NCBI RefSeq assembly: GCF_000803625.1
Contig: NZ_CP007496.1
Coordinates: forward strand, 420,001-452,000
Reading direction: 5' to 3'
Origin: Candidatus Nanosynbacter lyticus
GTDB lineage: Bacteria; Patescibacteriota; Saccharimonadia; Saccharimonadales; Saccharimonadaceae
Length of the DNA: 32,000 nt
In this document: positions 17,786-27,340 of the stretch, piece by piece
Position numbering within the stretch: the stretch's first letter is position 1
Layout: every line of letters starts with the position of its first letter
Notes under the pieces: generated by a model
What the model saw: the letters and a program-made list of their open reading frames with translations, nothing else
What the model was told of the DNA's origin: nothing
The model's database searches: none
Translations under genes and position numbers: made by a program

Positions 17786-19324
17786 CTAAGCACCAGCACC
17801 GTACTTAGCCGCATCACGAGAGTTTCCATCTATAAACAGAGCCACTAACGGCTCCTGGTTCTGTTTGTCGCAAGCTCCTAAGAATAAAACTATTTCAGTC
17901 ACTCCAGCTTTCTGAAGAGATTTTTTAGTCTCACTTTCATCGGGCATATCTTCAACGCTGACTTTTGACACATAAACCCTCTTGGCGTTATGCGTTTGGT
18001 CTTTCCAGGCGTAAATTATAAACGGATAAAGCTCTTTTAATCTGTTATTTAAGCCAACTGGCAAACCGACAGACTTATCTTCTGAAGTTGCTACATATTT
18101 AGCAGCCATAGTTAATTTGTCCTTAATAATAGGTAGAATGTCCCGCTTCTTCTCGTCGTTTTCGTATCCAGTCATTTTATGTTCAATCTTTTTAGCCTCT
18201 TCAGTGCGCGCGTCAATTACTGCGACCACAGTACCGTCACCACCACACTCAACATGCAGTACATCCACAATAGAATCTTCTTTAAGCCACGGAAATGTCT
18301 CGCTATCAAGTATCACAGCATCTCCCGCCTTCAATCCAATCTCTACCGGCCGAGAGTCTTCTTCAGCTCTCGACTTCGGTTTATTTGACCTTTTCTTCTT
18401 GGTGGCTTTCCTCAAAGATTCACCCGCAATTTCAGGCGCCACTTCATAGCCATTCAATTTCTCCGAAAGCACCCTCAGCGCGTCGTCTAGAGCCTCTCTC
18501 AGACGTTCTTTAGCCATAGACTCAGCAAGACTACGAACCGCTGGACTGTTTTCCTTAACTGTCGCTTCTTTATACTGCTTGGCTAGCTCCTCTTCGCTTG
18601 GCAATTTTATGGATTTTATAAACTTAAGAACACTTTTGGCAAATTTTAAATCATCCTCAGGATTGATGCCATTACATTCCTTATCTTCAACCTCCTTAAG
18701 TTTCCGACACTTAAAGTCTTCCAGGAAACTACTGAACTTCATCTTGTCATCATTACCTGGGATATATTCAGGTCTAGTAATTGTAAAATCATCAGGTAAA
18801 CCAAAAGCCCCATCCTTAGTAAGACTATCAGTCACAGCCTTCCTTGCCTCTGCGATAAAGCGCATATATTCACTATCTGCAAGTTCAGGACTAATTATTT
18901 TATTAGCATACTGCCATCGTATTACGTCGGGAATCGCATACTCTTCAGCTTGGCAAAATTCTGGAATATTCACTTTCGCCAGCTTTTTGGGAAAAACTAC
19001 ACTAAGATTCTCCCTTATAAATTTCTCGTATGTTCCATTAAATATACTTCTTAACGATTCTTTGACTTCCTCTATATCAAAGTCTATCTCTATGCAATCT
19101 GGAAGCCTGTTATACTCTTCCTCAATTTGTCGAAATAACTCAAGAATATTCTCATAAGCCTCTTGATATTCACCGCGCAACTCTTCACCTTCAACAAGAA
19201 ACGGTACATGCTTAATAATAAACTCTACATAATCTATAATTTGACTTATGTATTTTTTATTATGATCTTCTGCCTGAGGCAGTTTACCTTCAACAACATA
19301 ACCAGACTGTCGTCTTTCACTCAT
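17786..19324 (-). CDS. Hypothetical protein, 512 aa
   Basis: Long intact ORF with promoter TTGACT-17-TATAGT (19361..19333); no family recognised. Confidence 0.8.
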   Translation of the reverse strand: MSERRQSGYVVEGKLPQAEDHNKKYISQIIDYVEFIIKHVPFLVEGEELRGEYQEAYENILELFRQIEEEYNRLPDCIEIDFDIEEVKESLRSIFNGTYEKFIRENLSVVFPKKLAKVNIPEFCQAEEYAIPDVIRWQYANKIISPELADSEYMRFIAEARKAVTDSLTKDGAFGLPDDFTITRPEYIPGNDDKMKFSSFLEDFKCRKLKEVEDKECNGINPEDDLKFAKSVLKFIKSIKLPSEEELAKQYKEATVKENSPAVRSLAESMAKERLREALDDALRVLSEKLNGYEVAPEIAGESLRKATKKKRSNKPKSRAEEDSRPVEIGLKAGDAVILDSETFPWLKEDSIVDVLHVECGGDGTVVAVIDARTEEAKKIEHKMTGYENDEKKRDILPIIKDKLTMAAKYVATSEDKSVGLPVGLNNRLKELYPFIIYAWKDQTHNAKRVYVSKVSVEDMPDESETKKSLQKAGVTEIVLFLGACDKQNQEPLVALFIDGNSRDAAKYGAGA

Positions 19325-19361
19325 AAACTAATACTATATCAGCTTATAGATATAAAGTCAA

Positions 19362-20984
19362 TTATATTACCCTGTTAACTTCTTCTAGCGTCGTTTCGCC
19401 ACGAAGAGCCGCCAAGACTCCAGCCTGCAGTAGCGTCACCATACCATCCTTCTTCGCAGCTTCCTCGATTGCGCCCGCATGCACGTCGTTAACATCGCCA
19501 CGCAGAAACTTCTGGATATTCTCACTCACCACCAGCTGCTCCATCACCGGAATACGCCCCTTATAACCAAATGGTACATCATCCGTCGGCATAGCTCGCC
19601 ACAGCTTGAACGTATCCAAATTTGGACAATCAACGCCCTCTGGCAAATCCTTAAGAACTTCCTTGACCCACTTGCGTGTCGCCTCGTCTGGCTCGTATTC
19701 TTCCTTACTATCGTCCCATAATCTCCTGACCAGCCGCTGCGCAATCACCAGCCGCACTGCCGAGCTAAAAATCGGATTCTGCCCAATCATATCAATCATC
19801 CGACTAAACGCCGCCGCAGTCGAGTTGGCGTGAAAGCTGGATAACACCAAGTGACCAGTAATCGACGCCTGAATTGCCGTCTTAGCAGTCTCGTTGTCGC
19901 GAATCTCACCGACCATCACCACATCTGGATCAAGGCGCAAAACACTACGCAGCCCATCAGCGAACCTCTGGCCAGTTGTTGTATCAATTGGAATCTGTGT
20001 AATTCCCGGAATTGTATTTTCCACCGGGTCTTCCAGTGTAATAATCTTTCTATCTGGCGTATTTAAAGCATTCAAAATGCTATACAATGTCGTCGATTTT
20101 CCTGAGCCAGTCGGACCAACCATCAACAACATGCCACGCGGATGCGAAATGACTTCATCGATCTGATCACGTTCTTTCTTTGAGATATTTAAAAGATCCA
20201 GATTAAGCATTGATTCGTCAAAGTTAAATAGGCGCAGAACAATGTCTAATCCATAAACCGTCGCCACCGCCTCCACGCGTAAATTCAGCACATGAGACAC
20301 TCCGTCTCGATGAATTTCCTGTTGCATATGACCCGACTGCGGCTCTCTGGAGGCAGTAGAAATATTTGCCCGCGAGGCTAATGTCGCCATAATCACCCGA
20401 TAACGATCTCGGCTCAGCTCCGCCACAGTATGTAGCGCTCCATCAACACGCATCCGAATTCGAATTGACTCACGCTGATTTTCAATATGGATATCTGACG
20501 CGCCCAGCAAATCCGCCTGATCAACCAAATAATTGAACACGTCATTTGTGCCCACAGACGCTAAAGTCTGAGTAACCTGCGCCAACGTATCACTATCACC
20601 ATCTTTAGCAATCTCGATATTATCATAAATAACTCTCTTTGGTGGATCAAACCTGAGCATAATTGACCGAAACGCCGAACCGGAAATAAGAAAGAAGAAT
20701 ATTCGCTTGCCACTCTCCGTATATTTATCGCGCATCTGCTTCATTAACGACTCAGACGTCTGCGAAGTAACACCAAACCGGTAAGACTGGTCCTCCTCAT
20801 TAAACGCCAGCGGCACCAACCGGCCCTTATACATTTCATCGATTGTCAAAACGTCTTTAAGTAGAGGCAGAGTGTCTTCAAATTCCCGCCCATCCAGATA
20901 TTGAAGTCCTAAAATTGACGCTCGGCGACGAGTCGCTTCCTCATCCTGCTCGCGGCGGCGCGCCTGAATTTTATCTTCGTCCAT
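19362..20984 (-). CDS. pilB: Type II/IV secretion ATPase, PilB/GspE-like
   Basis: Walker A GPTGSGKSTTLYSILN, LEDPVE, Walker B LRLDPDVVMVGEIRDNETA, AIQASITGHLVLSSFHAN. Confidence 0.9.
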   Translation of the reverse strand: MDEDKIQARRREQDEEATRRRASILGLQYLDGREFEDTLPLLKDVLTIDEMYKGRLVPLAFNEEDQSYRFGVTSQTSESLMKQMRDKYTESGKRIFFFLISGSAFRSIMLRFDPPKRVIYDNIEIAKDGDSDTLAQVTQTLASVGTNDVFNYLVDQADLLGASDIHIENQRESIRIRMRVDGALHTVAELSRDRYRVIMATLASRANISTASREPQSGHMQQEIHRDGVSHVLNLRVEAVATVYGLDIVLRLFNFDESMLNLDLLNISKKERDQIDEVISHPRGMLLMVGPTGSGKSTTLYSILNALNTPDRKIITLEDPVENTIPGITQIPIDTTTGQRFADGLRSVLRLDPDVVMVGEIRDNETAKTAIQASITGHLVLSSFHANSTAAAFSRMIDMIGQNPIFSSAVRLVIAQRLVRRLWDDSKEEYEPDEATRKWVKEVLKDLPEGVDCPNLDTFKLWRAMPTDDVPFGYKGRIPVMEQLVVSENIQKFLRGDVNDVHAGAIEEAAKKDGMVTLLQAGVLAALRGETTLEEVNRVI

Positions 20985-20990
20985 ACGAGA

Positions 20991-20999
20991 ATTATAGCA
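20991..20999 (-). promoter_or_regulatory. Extended -10 TGC-TATAAT of the pilB-like gene
   Basis: Hexamer 20996..20991, 6 nt before ATG 20984. Confidence 0.7.
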
Positions 21000-21020
21000 A
21001 AAAGCTTACGGTTTGACGAG

Positions 21021-21029
21021 TGATATAAT
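21021..21029 (+). promoter_or_regulatory. Extended -10 TGA-TATAAT of the spoU-like gene
   Basis: Hexamer 21024-21029, 6 nt before ATG 21036. Confidence 0.7.
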
Positions 21030-21035
21030 AGTCAT

Positions 21036-21596
21036 ATGCACCCAGAAATCACGTTGTTGGTTCACAATATTCGCTCAACACATAACGTTGGGGCAATTTT
21101 CCGCACGGCCGAGGGATTTGGTGTGAAGAAGATTATTCTTAGTGGCTATACACCGTATCCAGATTTGAGCTTATGCAGCGAGGCGCCTAGCTGCGCGCTT
21201 GTTGATGGAGAAATTCGATCCGAAGATATTCGCCTGCCGCACATTCGTGAAAAAATCACCAATCAAATTCACAAAACCGCCTTAGGTGCGGAAAGTTTGG
21301 TGCCATTTGAGTTTTACGAAGATATCAATGACTGGATTAAAGAGAATCAGCGAACAGAAAACTTGCCAATTATCGCGCTGGAGCAATCAAAAGACAGCGT
21401 GATGCTATCAGAATTTCAGCCGCCTGAAAAATTTGCGCTGCTACTCGGAGAAGAAGTCCACGGAATCACGCCAGAACTTTTGGATAACTGCGATTTCACC
21501 GTAGAAATCCCGATGTTTGGCCAAAAAGAATCATTCAACGTGTCGGTCGCAACAGGAATTGCACTGTTTGGACTGATTTTCCCGAGAATGAAATAA
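21036..21596 (+). CDS. SpoU/TrmH-family RNA 2'-O-methyltransferase
   Basis: NIRSTHNVGAIFRTAEGFGVKKIILSG, ALEQSKDSV, LLLGEEVHGI, IPMFGQKESFNVSVATGIALF motifs. Confidence 0.88.
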   Translation: MHPEITLLVHNIRSTHNVGAIFRTAEGFGVKKIILSGYTPYPDLSLCSEAPSCALVDGEIRSEDIRLPHIREKITNQIHKTALGAESLVPFEFYEDINDWIKENQRTENLPIIALEQSKDSVMLSEFQPPEKFALLLGEEVHGITPELLDNCDFTVEIPMFGQKESFNVSVATGIALFGLIFPRMK

Positions 21597-21634
21597 TCTC
21601 AACAACGAATAAATAAATCCCTCAAGTCTGATTA

Positions 21635-21663
21635 TTGACTTTATTAAGTATATGTGTTATATT
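21635..21663 (+). promoter_or_regulatory. Promoter TTGACT-17-TATATT
   Basis: Near-consensus hexamers with 17-nt spacer upstream of the 21728 ORF. Confidence 0.6.
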
Positions 21664-21671
21664 TATAAAAG

Positions 21672-21720
21672 CCTTCTTCGGAATCCCCCGGAGAAGGTAG
21701 TCCCTCAGAGCGAAAGGGTT
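21672..21720 (+). promoter_or_regulatory. Structured 5' leader with two hairpins
   Basis: CCTTCTTCGG-AATCCC-CCGGAGAAGG (10 bp), then CCCT...AGGG overlapping the possible SD AAAGGG. Confidence 0.5.
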
Positions 21721-21727
21721 TTAGAAA

Positions 21728-22021
21728 ATGTTTGACATTTTCTTCATCTTTATAATCATGGCAACCATGTATATTTCATGGTATAGCTACAAAGCTCCCT
21801 CGGGGGTTAGTCGCGGATTGCATGCACTAGCCATCGCCTCGGCGGTATGGCTGTTACTTTTCTTCGCCTACTTCATGGTGGGCGAATCGCCGGTTAGACC
21901 TCAGTATCAAAAGGAGCTGATGTATATATGGTACTTCGTACTCTCAATCGCATATGCAACCTTTTATTATAAGGGTTGCATCAAAGAGCGCGAAAGACTT
22001 CAGGGGCGCAAGTCCCGCTGA
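21728..22021 (+). CDS. Small membrane protein, 97 aa
   Basis: Three hydrophobic segments, own promoter and structured leader. Confidence 0.65.
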   Translation: MFDIFFIFIIMATMYISWYSYKAPSGVSRGLHALAIASAVWLLLFFAYFMVGESPVRPQYQKELMYIWYFVLSIAYATFYYKGCIKERERLQGRKSR

Positions 22022-22083
22022 TAGTTAGCCCGCCGTAGAGCAAACAGCTCCGGCTGAGACCTCTGTCAGCGGGCTAACTATCA
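22019..22083. terminator. Long hairpin between convergent genes
   Basis: TGATAGTTAGCCCGC (22019-22033) perfectly complementary to GCGGGCTAACTATCA (22069-22083); inner AGAG/CTCT and CAGC/GCTG pairs; no T-run. Confidence 0.55.
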
Positions 22084-25000
22084 CTTTAGAATTACGCACT
22101 CTTCACCCAGAGTGTTTTTTAATTGGCTTAATAGGTTATCATTAGCATCCACCTTAAATGGCAGACGCATGGCTGATTTTTCCTTTTCCCCCAGAACCAA
22201 AACCACGTCAGTCGTGCCAGCATTCTCACCACAAACAGACTTCATTTTCACTAACCGCGGATGATCATTCGGGTCTTTAATATATACAAACAACTTGGAG
22301 GCGGGGATTTCCGGAGTAACGTTAACCGGCGCCGGTTGAGTTTTTGGCTGAAACTTATCCGCATCAGATTTTACGACAGGCTTGGGCGTGATTCCATTCT
22401 TCTGACTGCGATAAGCCTCGCGGCGTTCTTTCTTAACCGCAGAACTAACCTTTGGAGCGTCCATCTTACGACCAGTTGACTCATAGCCATTAATATCATT
22501 GTCTGTAATCGCGATAATGTCATCAGCAATGAGTTTACTTTCACTACCCAAATTTCCATCACGATCTCGCGCTGAGTTTTTACCAGAAACTCGAATTACC
22601 GTATCCTGAAGCAACTTAGCGCCAACTTTTTCATACAAATTCGGAAAGACAATTATTTCACCCTCACCAAATTTATCCTCAATTCCCACAAACGCCATCT
22701 TTGAGCCACTCTTCGTCACAATTGTCCGAACTGTACTAATAATTCCGCCGACCGTCATCATTCGGCTGTCATACTCCGGAACCAATTGCGTCAATGGCTG
22801 AGTTTGCTCGCTTAGATAAGTCTCGTATCTATCAAGCGGGTGTGCCGAAATATACAGCCCCAGTAGTTCCCGCTCCCACATCAGACGTTCTTTATCATCA
22901 TGCTTTACTGGCGCTTTCTGTAGATTAAGTATCGACTGAACGCTTGCCGTGTCATCACCCAACATACCGAACAAATTAGTCTGACCACTGGCGGCTTCTT
23001 TTTGAAGCTTAGAGGAAAATGCCGTGATGGAGTCCAGATTGAATAGCAAATCCGACCGATCGCCCATATTGTCAAAGGCGCCGGACTTAATAAGAGATTC
23101 CCAAGCCTTACGATTAAACTTGCTGGTCGAAACACGCTTGGCGAAATCCTCCACCGACAAGAACGCGCCTTCCTCGCGCGCCCGCAAGACTTCCTCAACC
23201 GCACCAACACCGACACCCTTCACTGCTGACATACCAAAGCGAATTTTATTTTCATTAGGCACCACAGCAAATTCAACGAACGATTCATTGACATCTGGAC
23301 TAAGCACATCAATTCCCATATGTTTACATTCCGTGATCTCAATTGCCAAACGATCCGTGTCATCATGGTCACTGGTCATCAGTGCTGCCATAAACGCGTC
23401 CGGATAATGCGCCTTCAAATAAGCCGTCCAATAGGCAATCAAGCCATAACAAGCAGCGTGCGATTTATTGAAACAATAGTTAGCGAACTCCTCCAGCTGT
23501 GTCCAAAACGTTTCCGCAATTTCCTTAGTAGCGCCACCGACCTTAACCGCACCTTCGACAAATTCAGGCTTAACTTTTTTCATCAAGTCAATCTTTTTCT
23601 TACCAACAGCTTTACGCAGCGTATCAGCCTGACCACCAGTAAAGCCGCACCATTCCTTAGAAATCTGCATAAATTGCTCTTGGTAGACCAAAATTCCGTA
23701 AGTATTTTTTAGTGAGTTTTTCATTCCAGGATGCAAATAAGTTATTTCTTCTTCGCCATGTTTGCGCCGAATAAAACTGTCAATAAACTGCATCGGGCCC
23801 GGACGATAAAGAGCCACCATAGCGATAATATCCTCAAATGTGGTCGGCTTTAGTCCGCGCAAATACCGCTTCATCCCCGCCGACTCCAACTGGAATACTC
23901 CGGTTGTATCGCCGCGCTGGAATAGCTCATAAGTTTTCTTATCGTCAAGCGGCAGCTGCGAAAGATTAATCTCTGTATTATAAGCTTTTCGGATAATCCG
24001 CATGGCGTTGTTAATAATCGTAAGGTTACTGAGGCCCAAAAAATCCATCTTAAGAAGCCCCAGTTCCTCAACTTCACCCATCGGGAATTGAGTAGCCACC
24101 ACGCCTTTTTGTGCCATTTCCAGCGGAATATAATTAACCAGCGTGTCTGGCGCGATCACCACACCACAAGCATGAACTCCGTGGCTGCGAATCGTGCCTT
24201 CAAGCTGAATAGCATAATCTAATACTTCTTTGGCAGTAGGATTATTCTCATACTCACGGCGCAAATCTGCATCTTCTTTAATACTGACCGATAGCGGAAT
24301 ATGACGACCCTGGTTTGGCGGCGGCACCAACTTAGCCAAGCGGTCGCTCTCGGCGTAAGGAACTTCCAGCACCCTGGCGACATCGCGCACCGCCATACGC
24401 CCAAACATTTTACCAAAGGTAGCGATATTCGACACATGATCGCGTCCATATTTTTCAGCGCAATATTCAATCACTTCGTCACGTCGGGTGTCTTGAATAT
24501 CGACGTCGATATCCGGCATGGAAATACGATCTGGATTAAGGAAACGTTCAAACAGCAGACCGTACTTTAGCGGGTCAAGGTCAGTAATATTCAGTGCGTA
24601 GGCGATAATCGAGCCAGCCGCACTGCCCCGACCCGGCCCGAAGACAATCCCCTGGGATTTGCCCCAGTTGATAAAATCCTGGACGATCAAAAAATAACCC
24701 TCGTAGCCCATATTGCCCATCACGCCCAGCTCCATCTCGGCGCGCTGGCGAACTTCGTCGGATAATTGCGGAATGATGTCGTCAGGATCTAATTTTTCGG
24801 CTTCTTCTTTGGAGGCGCCGTTGTAGCGCTGCAGCAAGCCTTGATAGGTCAATTTCAGCAGGTACGAATGCTCATTTTCGCCATCGGGCAGCGGATATTT
24901 CGGAATGAGGATGCGGCCCAGCTCAATTTCAACATCGCAGCGGTCGGCGACCTTTTTGGTGTTGCGAACGACTTCTGGATATTCCTCGCCCCAATGGTCA

Positions 25001-25818
25001 ATAATATCCCGTGGGTCAGTTAAATGCAGCTCAAAATCCTTCAGACTCATCCGCTTTTCGTCACTTAGATACGAACCGGTACCGACACATAGCAAAATTT
25101 CGTGCGCGTCTTGATGATCATGCGTCAAGTAGTGCCCGTCGCAAGTCACCACCATCTCGATATCCAGCTCCTTCGATAGCTTAATCAAGCCCTCATTGAT
25201 TTTTGCCTGGACGTCCCAGCGCGTATTTGATTTTGGATGGCCGTGATCTTGCAACTCGAGATAATACCTATCACCAAAGACTGACTTGTACCATTTGGCA
25301 ATATCTCGCGCTCGATCATAATCATCATCTCTAAGCGCCACACCAATTTCACCACTGGCGCAACCGCTCAGTACAATTAAACCCTCGTTCAACTCTTCTA
25401 ATAAATCATGATCAGTCCGCGGCTTATAGTACATTCCCTCCAAGTTGGCTTGCGTAGACAACTTCATTAGATTATGAAAGCCGGTGTTGTTCATCGCTAA
25501 CACCGTCAAGTGAAAGCGCTGCTTGTCCTTGGCTGGGTCGCGGTCAAAGCGTGAACGTGCCGCTACGTATGTCTCAATACCGAGGATCGGTTTAATACCG
25601 GCTTTTTTGGCGGTCTTATAATAGTCAAGGATGCCACTCATCGTACCGTGGTCAGTTACCGCCGCCGCCTCCATCCCAAACTCTTTGACTTTATCAACCA
25701 AATCATTGATTTTAGTCAAGCCATCCAGCACCGAATGAAAGGTGTGATTATGCAGGTGTACGAAATCAGACGGCTTCAAAGCCGCCGGCGAAGATTGTCC
25801 GCTATTTCCCCCAGTCAT
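22081..25818 (-). CDS. dnaE: DNA polymerase III alpha subunit
   Basis: PHP domain HLHNHTFHSVLDG, GPGRGSAAGSIIAYAL, PDIDVDIQDTRRDEVIEY, VYQEQFMQIS, C-terminal OB fold. Confidence 0.95.
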   Translation of the reverse strand: MTGGNSGQSSPAALKPSDFVHLHNHTFHSVLDGLTKINDLVDKVKEFGMEAAAVTDHGTMSGILDYYKTAKKAGIKPILGIETYVAARSRFDRDPAKDKQRFHLTVLAMNNTGFHNLMKLSTQANLEGMYYKPRTDHDLLEELNEGLIVLSGCASGEIGVALRDDDYDRARDIAKWYKSVFGDRYYLELQDHGHPKSNTRWDVQAKINEGLIKLSKELDIEMVVTCDGHYLTHDHQDAHEILLCVGTGSYLSDEKRMSLKDFELHLTDPRDIIDHWGEEYPEVVRNTKKVADRCDVEIELGRILIPKYPLPDGENEHSYLLKLTYQGLLQRYNGASKEEAEKLDPDDIIPQLSDEVRQRAEMELGVMGNMGYEGYFLIVQDFINWGKSQGIVFGPGRGSAAGSIIAYALNITDLDPLKYGLLFERFLNPDRISMPDIDVDIQDTRRDEVIEYCAEKYGRDHVSNIATFGKMFGRMAVRDVARVLEVPYAESDRLAKLVPPPNQGRHIPLSVSIKEDADLRREYENNPTAKEVLDYAIQLEGTIRSHGVHACGVVIAPDTLVNYIPLEMAQKGVVATQFPMGEVEELGLLKMDFLGLSNLTIINNAMRIIRKAYNTEINLSQLPLDDKKTYELFQRGDTTGVFQLESAGMKRYLRGLKPTTFEDIIAMVALYRPGPMQFIDSFIRRKHGEEEITYLHPGMKNSLKNTYGILVYQEQFMQISKEWCGFTGGQADTLRKAVGKKKIDLMKKVKPEFVEGAVKVGGATKEIAETFWTQLEEFANYCFNKSHAACYGLIAYWTAYLKAHYPDAFMAALMTSDHDDTDRLAIEITECKHMGIDVLSPDVNESFVEFAVVPNENKIRFGMSAVKGVGVGAVEEVLRAREEGAFLSVEDFAKRVSTSKFNRKAWESLIKSGAFDNMGDRSDLLFNLDSITAFSSKLQKEAASGQTNLFGMLGDDTASVQSILNLQKAPVKHDDKERLMWERELLGLYISAHPLDRYETYLSEQTQPLTQLVPEYDSRMMTVGGIISTVRTIVTKSGSKMAFVGIEDKFGEGEIIVFPNLYEKVGAKLLQDTVIRVSGKNSARDRDGNLGSESKLIADDIIAITDNDINGYESTGRKMDAPKVSSAVKKERREAYRSQKNGITPKPVVKSDADKFQPKTQPAPVNVTPEIPASKLFVYIKDPNDHPRLVKMKSVCGENAGTTDVVLVLGEKEKSAMRLPFKVDANDNLLSQLKNTLGEECVILK

Positions 25819-25837
25819 TACTAATGATTATAGCATG

Positions 25838-26137
25838 TTATTGACGGTGCTGCATCGTCTCAATCAGATGATTGATAAAATCAGCCAGCGGCGGAAAAAT
25901 ATCCGCAAATTGTCCCAGTAACCAGATTAACAATGTGATTAACAATGTCGCACCCAGCGCACTACCGACACCAAAGAAAATTCCACGAATAAAATTCATC
26001 CAATAGACTTGGCGCCGCGAACGATGAAAATCAAAAAATAAATCCTCTAAAATCGCCTGTCTAGCACCGTTTTCATTATCACGAATAACTTTTCGTGATA
26101 ATTTATCTGGTTGTTTTTTGGCTGTTTTTTCTGCCAT
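25838..26137 (-). CDS. Small membrane protein (DUF5665-like)
   Basis: 99-aa ORF with two hydrophobic segments; SD AAAGGA. Confidence 0.65.
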   Translation of the reverse strand: MAEKTAKKQPDKLSRKVIRDNENGARQAILEDLFFDFHRSRRQVYWMNFIRGIFFGVGSALGATLLITLLIWLLGQFADIFPPLADFINHLIETMQHRQ

Positions 26138-26390
26138 TATTTGTCCTTTTCTTAGTAAAATACTTCGCTAAAAATCCACCCTTTGAGGTTAATCTTTTAG
26201 CCAGCCCAGCACCAATCGAAACAGCACTGACAATTCCACTAAAATCAGAAACTCTCTTGGTAATTGTTTCTACTGCCTGCTGAGTTTGGCGAATCTGGTG
26301 CGTTAATTTAATAATAGAAATCACCATAGCAACCAACATGATAATAAATATCACCATGAGAATTACCAATACTACAAGTAGTCCGTTCAT
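26103..26390 (-). CDS. Small single-TM protein, 95 aa
   Basis: N-terminal TM followed by amphipathic region; overlaps next gene; TATAAT 26403..26398 is 7 nt before ATG. Confidence 0.6.
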   Translation of the reverse strand: MNGLLVVLVILMVIFIIMLVAMVISIIKLTHQIRQTQQAVETITKRVSDFSGIVSAVSIGAGLAKRLTSKGGFLAKYFTKKRTNNGRKNSQKTTR

Positions 26391-26405
26391 GCTTTTTATT
26401 ATACA

Positions 26406-27299
26406 TTATTTTAAGCGATTGGTCAGATGGGCGCGTAGCTTGTCGCCAAAGTTAGGATCGCGCAACCCAAAATCAATCACTGTCTTCAGGTACTCTAATT
26501 TATCACCGGTGTCGTAGTACGTACCGTTGGTAATCTCCACGCCATAAAAATCAAACCCATCATCAATCATCTCCTGCATAATCGGCTGGATGGTGAATTC
26601 GCCATGACCATCAAACTGGTCTTTGGCTTTATCCAAATAGCCAAAAATCTCACCAGGCAGCAAATAGCTACTGACACTCGCTAGGTCAGACGGCGCATTG
26701 GTTTTTCCAGGCTTCTCGACGATATTAGTCATTTTTATAACACCATCGTTAATTTGCTGGCCATTAACGATGCCATAACGATCAAACTCTGAATCATCGG
26801 TAATTTTCTTACATGACAACACTGCGCCCTGAAGATTTTCTGACGCCTCGATCATCTGCCGGAAACGACTTGGATTAGCCGTTATAAAGTCATCGGCAAA
26901 AGTATAAATCACCGGTTCATCGTGGCGAATTAAATGCGAGGCGCAAGCCAGCGGCGTTGCATTGCCGTAAGGACCTTTCTGGCGGATATAAACGAAGTTA
27001 GCCATCTCAGACAAACGCTGTACAGTATCAATCAGCGGCTGCTTTTTAGCGCCACCAGCGCGCAAGTTAGCTAGCAGCTCTTCGTTCGGCGCGTCAAAAT
27101 GATCTTCAATCGCTCGCTTATTGGCACTACCAATGATAATAATATCTTTGATGCCTGCTTCAACTAATTCCTCGACGACATACTGGATGATTGGCTTATC
27201 AATCAGCGGCAGCATTTCTTTGGGCATAGCTTTGGTCTGAGGCAAAAATCGCGTACCAAAACCAGCAGCGGCGATGATAGCTTTGGTTGGTTTTTTCAT
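26406..27299 (-). CDS. galU: UTP-glucose-1-phosphate uridylyltransferase
   Basis: KAIIAAAGFGTRFLPQTKAMPKEMLPLIDKPIIQYVVEE motif. Confidence 0.95.
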   Translation of the reverse strand: MKKPTKAIIAAAGFGTRFLPQTKAMPKEMLPLIDKPIIQYVVEELVEAGIKDIIIIGSANKRAIEDHFDAPNEELLANLRAGGAKKQPLIDTVQRLSEMANFVYIRQKGPYGNATPLACASHLIRHDEPVIYTFADDFITANPSRFRQMIEASENLQGAVLSCKKITDDSEFDRYGIVNGQQINDGVIKMTNIVEKPGKTNAPSDLASVSSYLLPGEIFGYLDKAKDQFDGHGEFTIQPIMQEMIDDGFDFYGVEITNGTYYDTGDKLEYLKTVIDFGLRDPNFGDKLRAHLTNRLK

Positions 27300-27340
27300 A
27301 CTTTAACTCCTATCCTGTCCTATTCCTGAAGAATTAAATC

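Noticed and set aside
21013-21018. TTGACG as -35 of the spoU-like gene
   Set aside because: Only 5 nt from the -10 hexamer, so it is incompatible with normal spacing; the extended -10 explains the promoter better.
23024-23712. Plus-strand ORFs of 127 and 130 aa opposite dnaE
   Set aside because: Shadow ORFs in the antisense frame of a strongly conserved gene.
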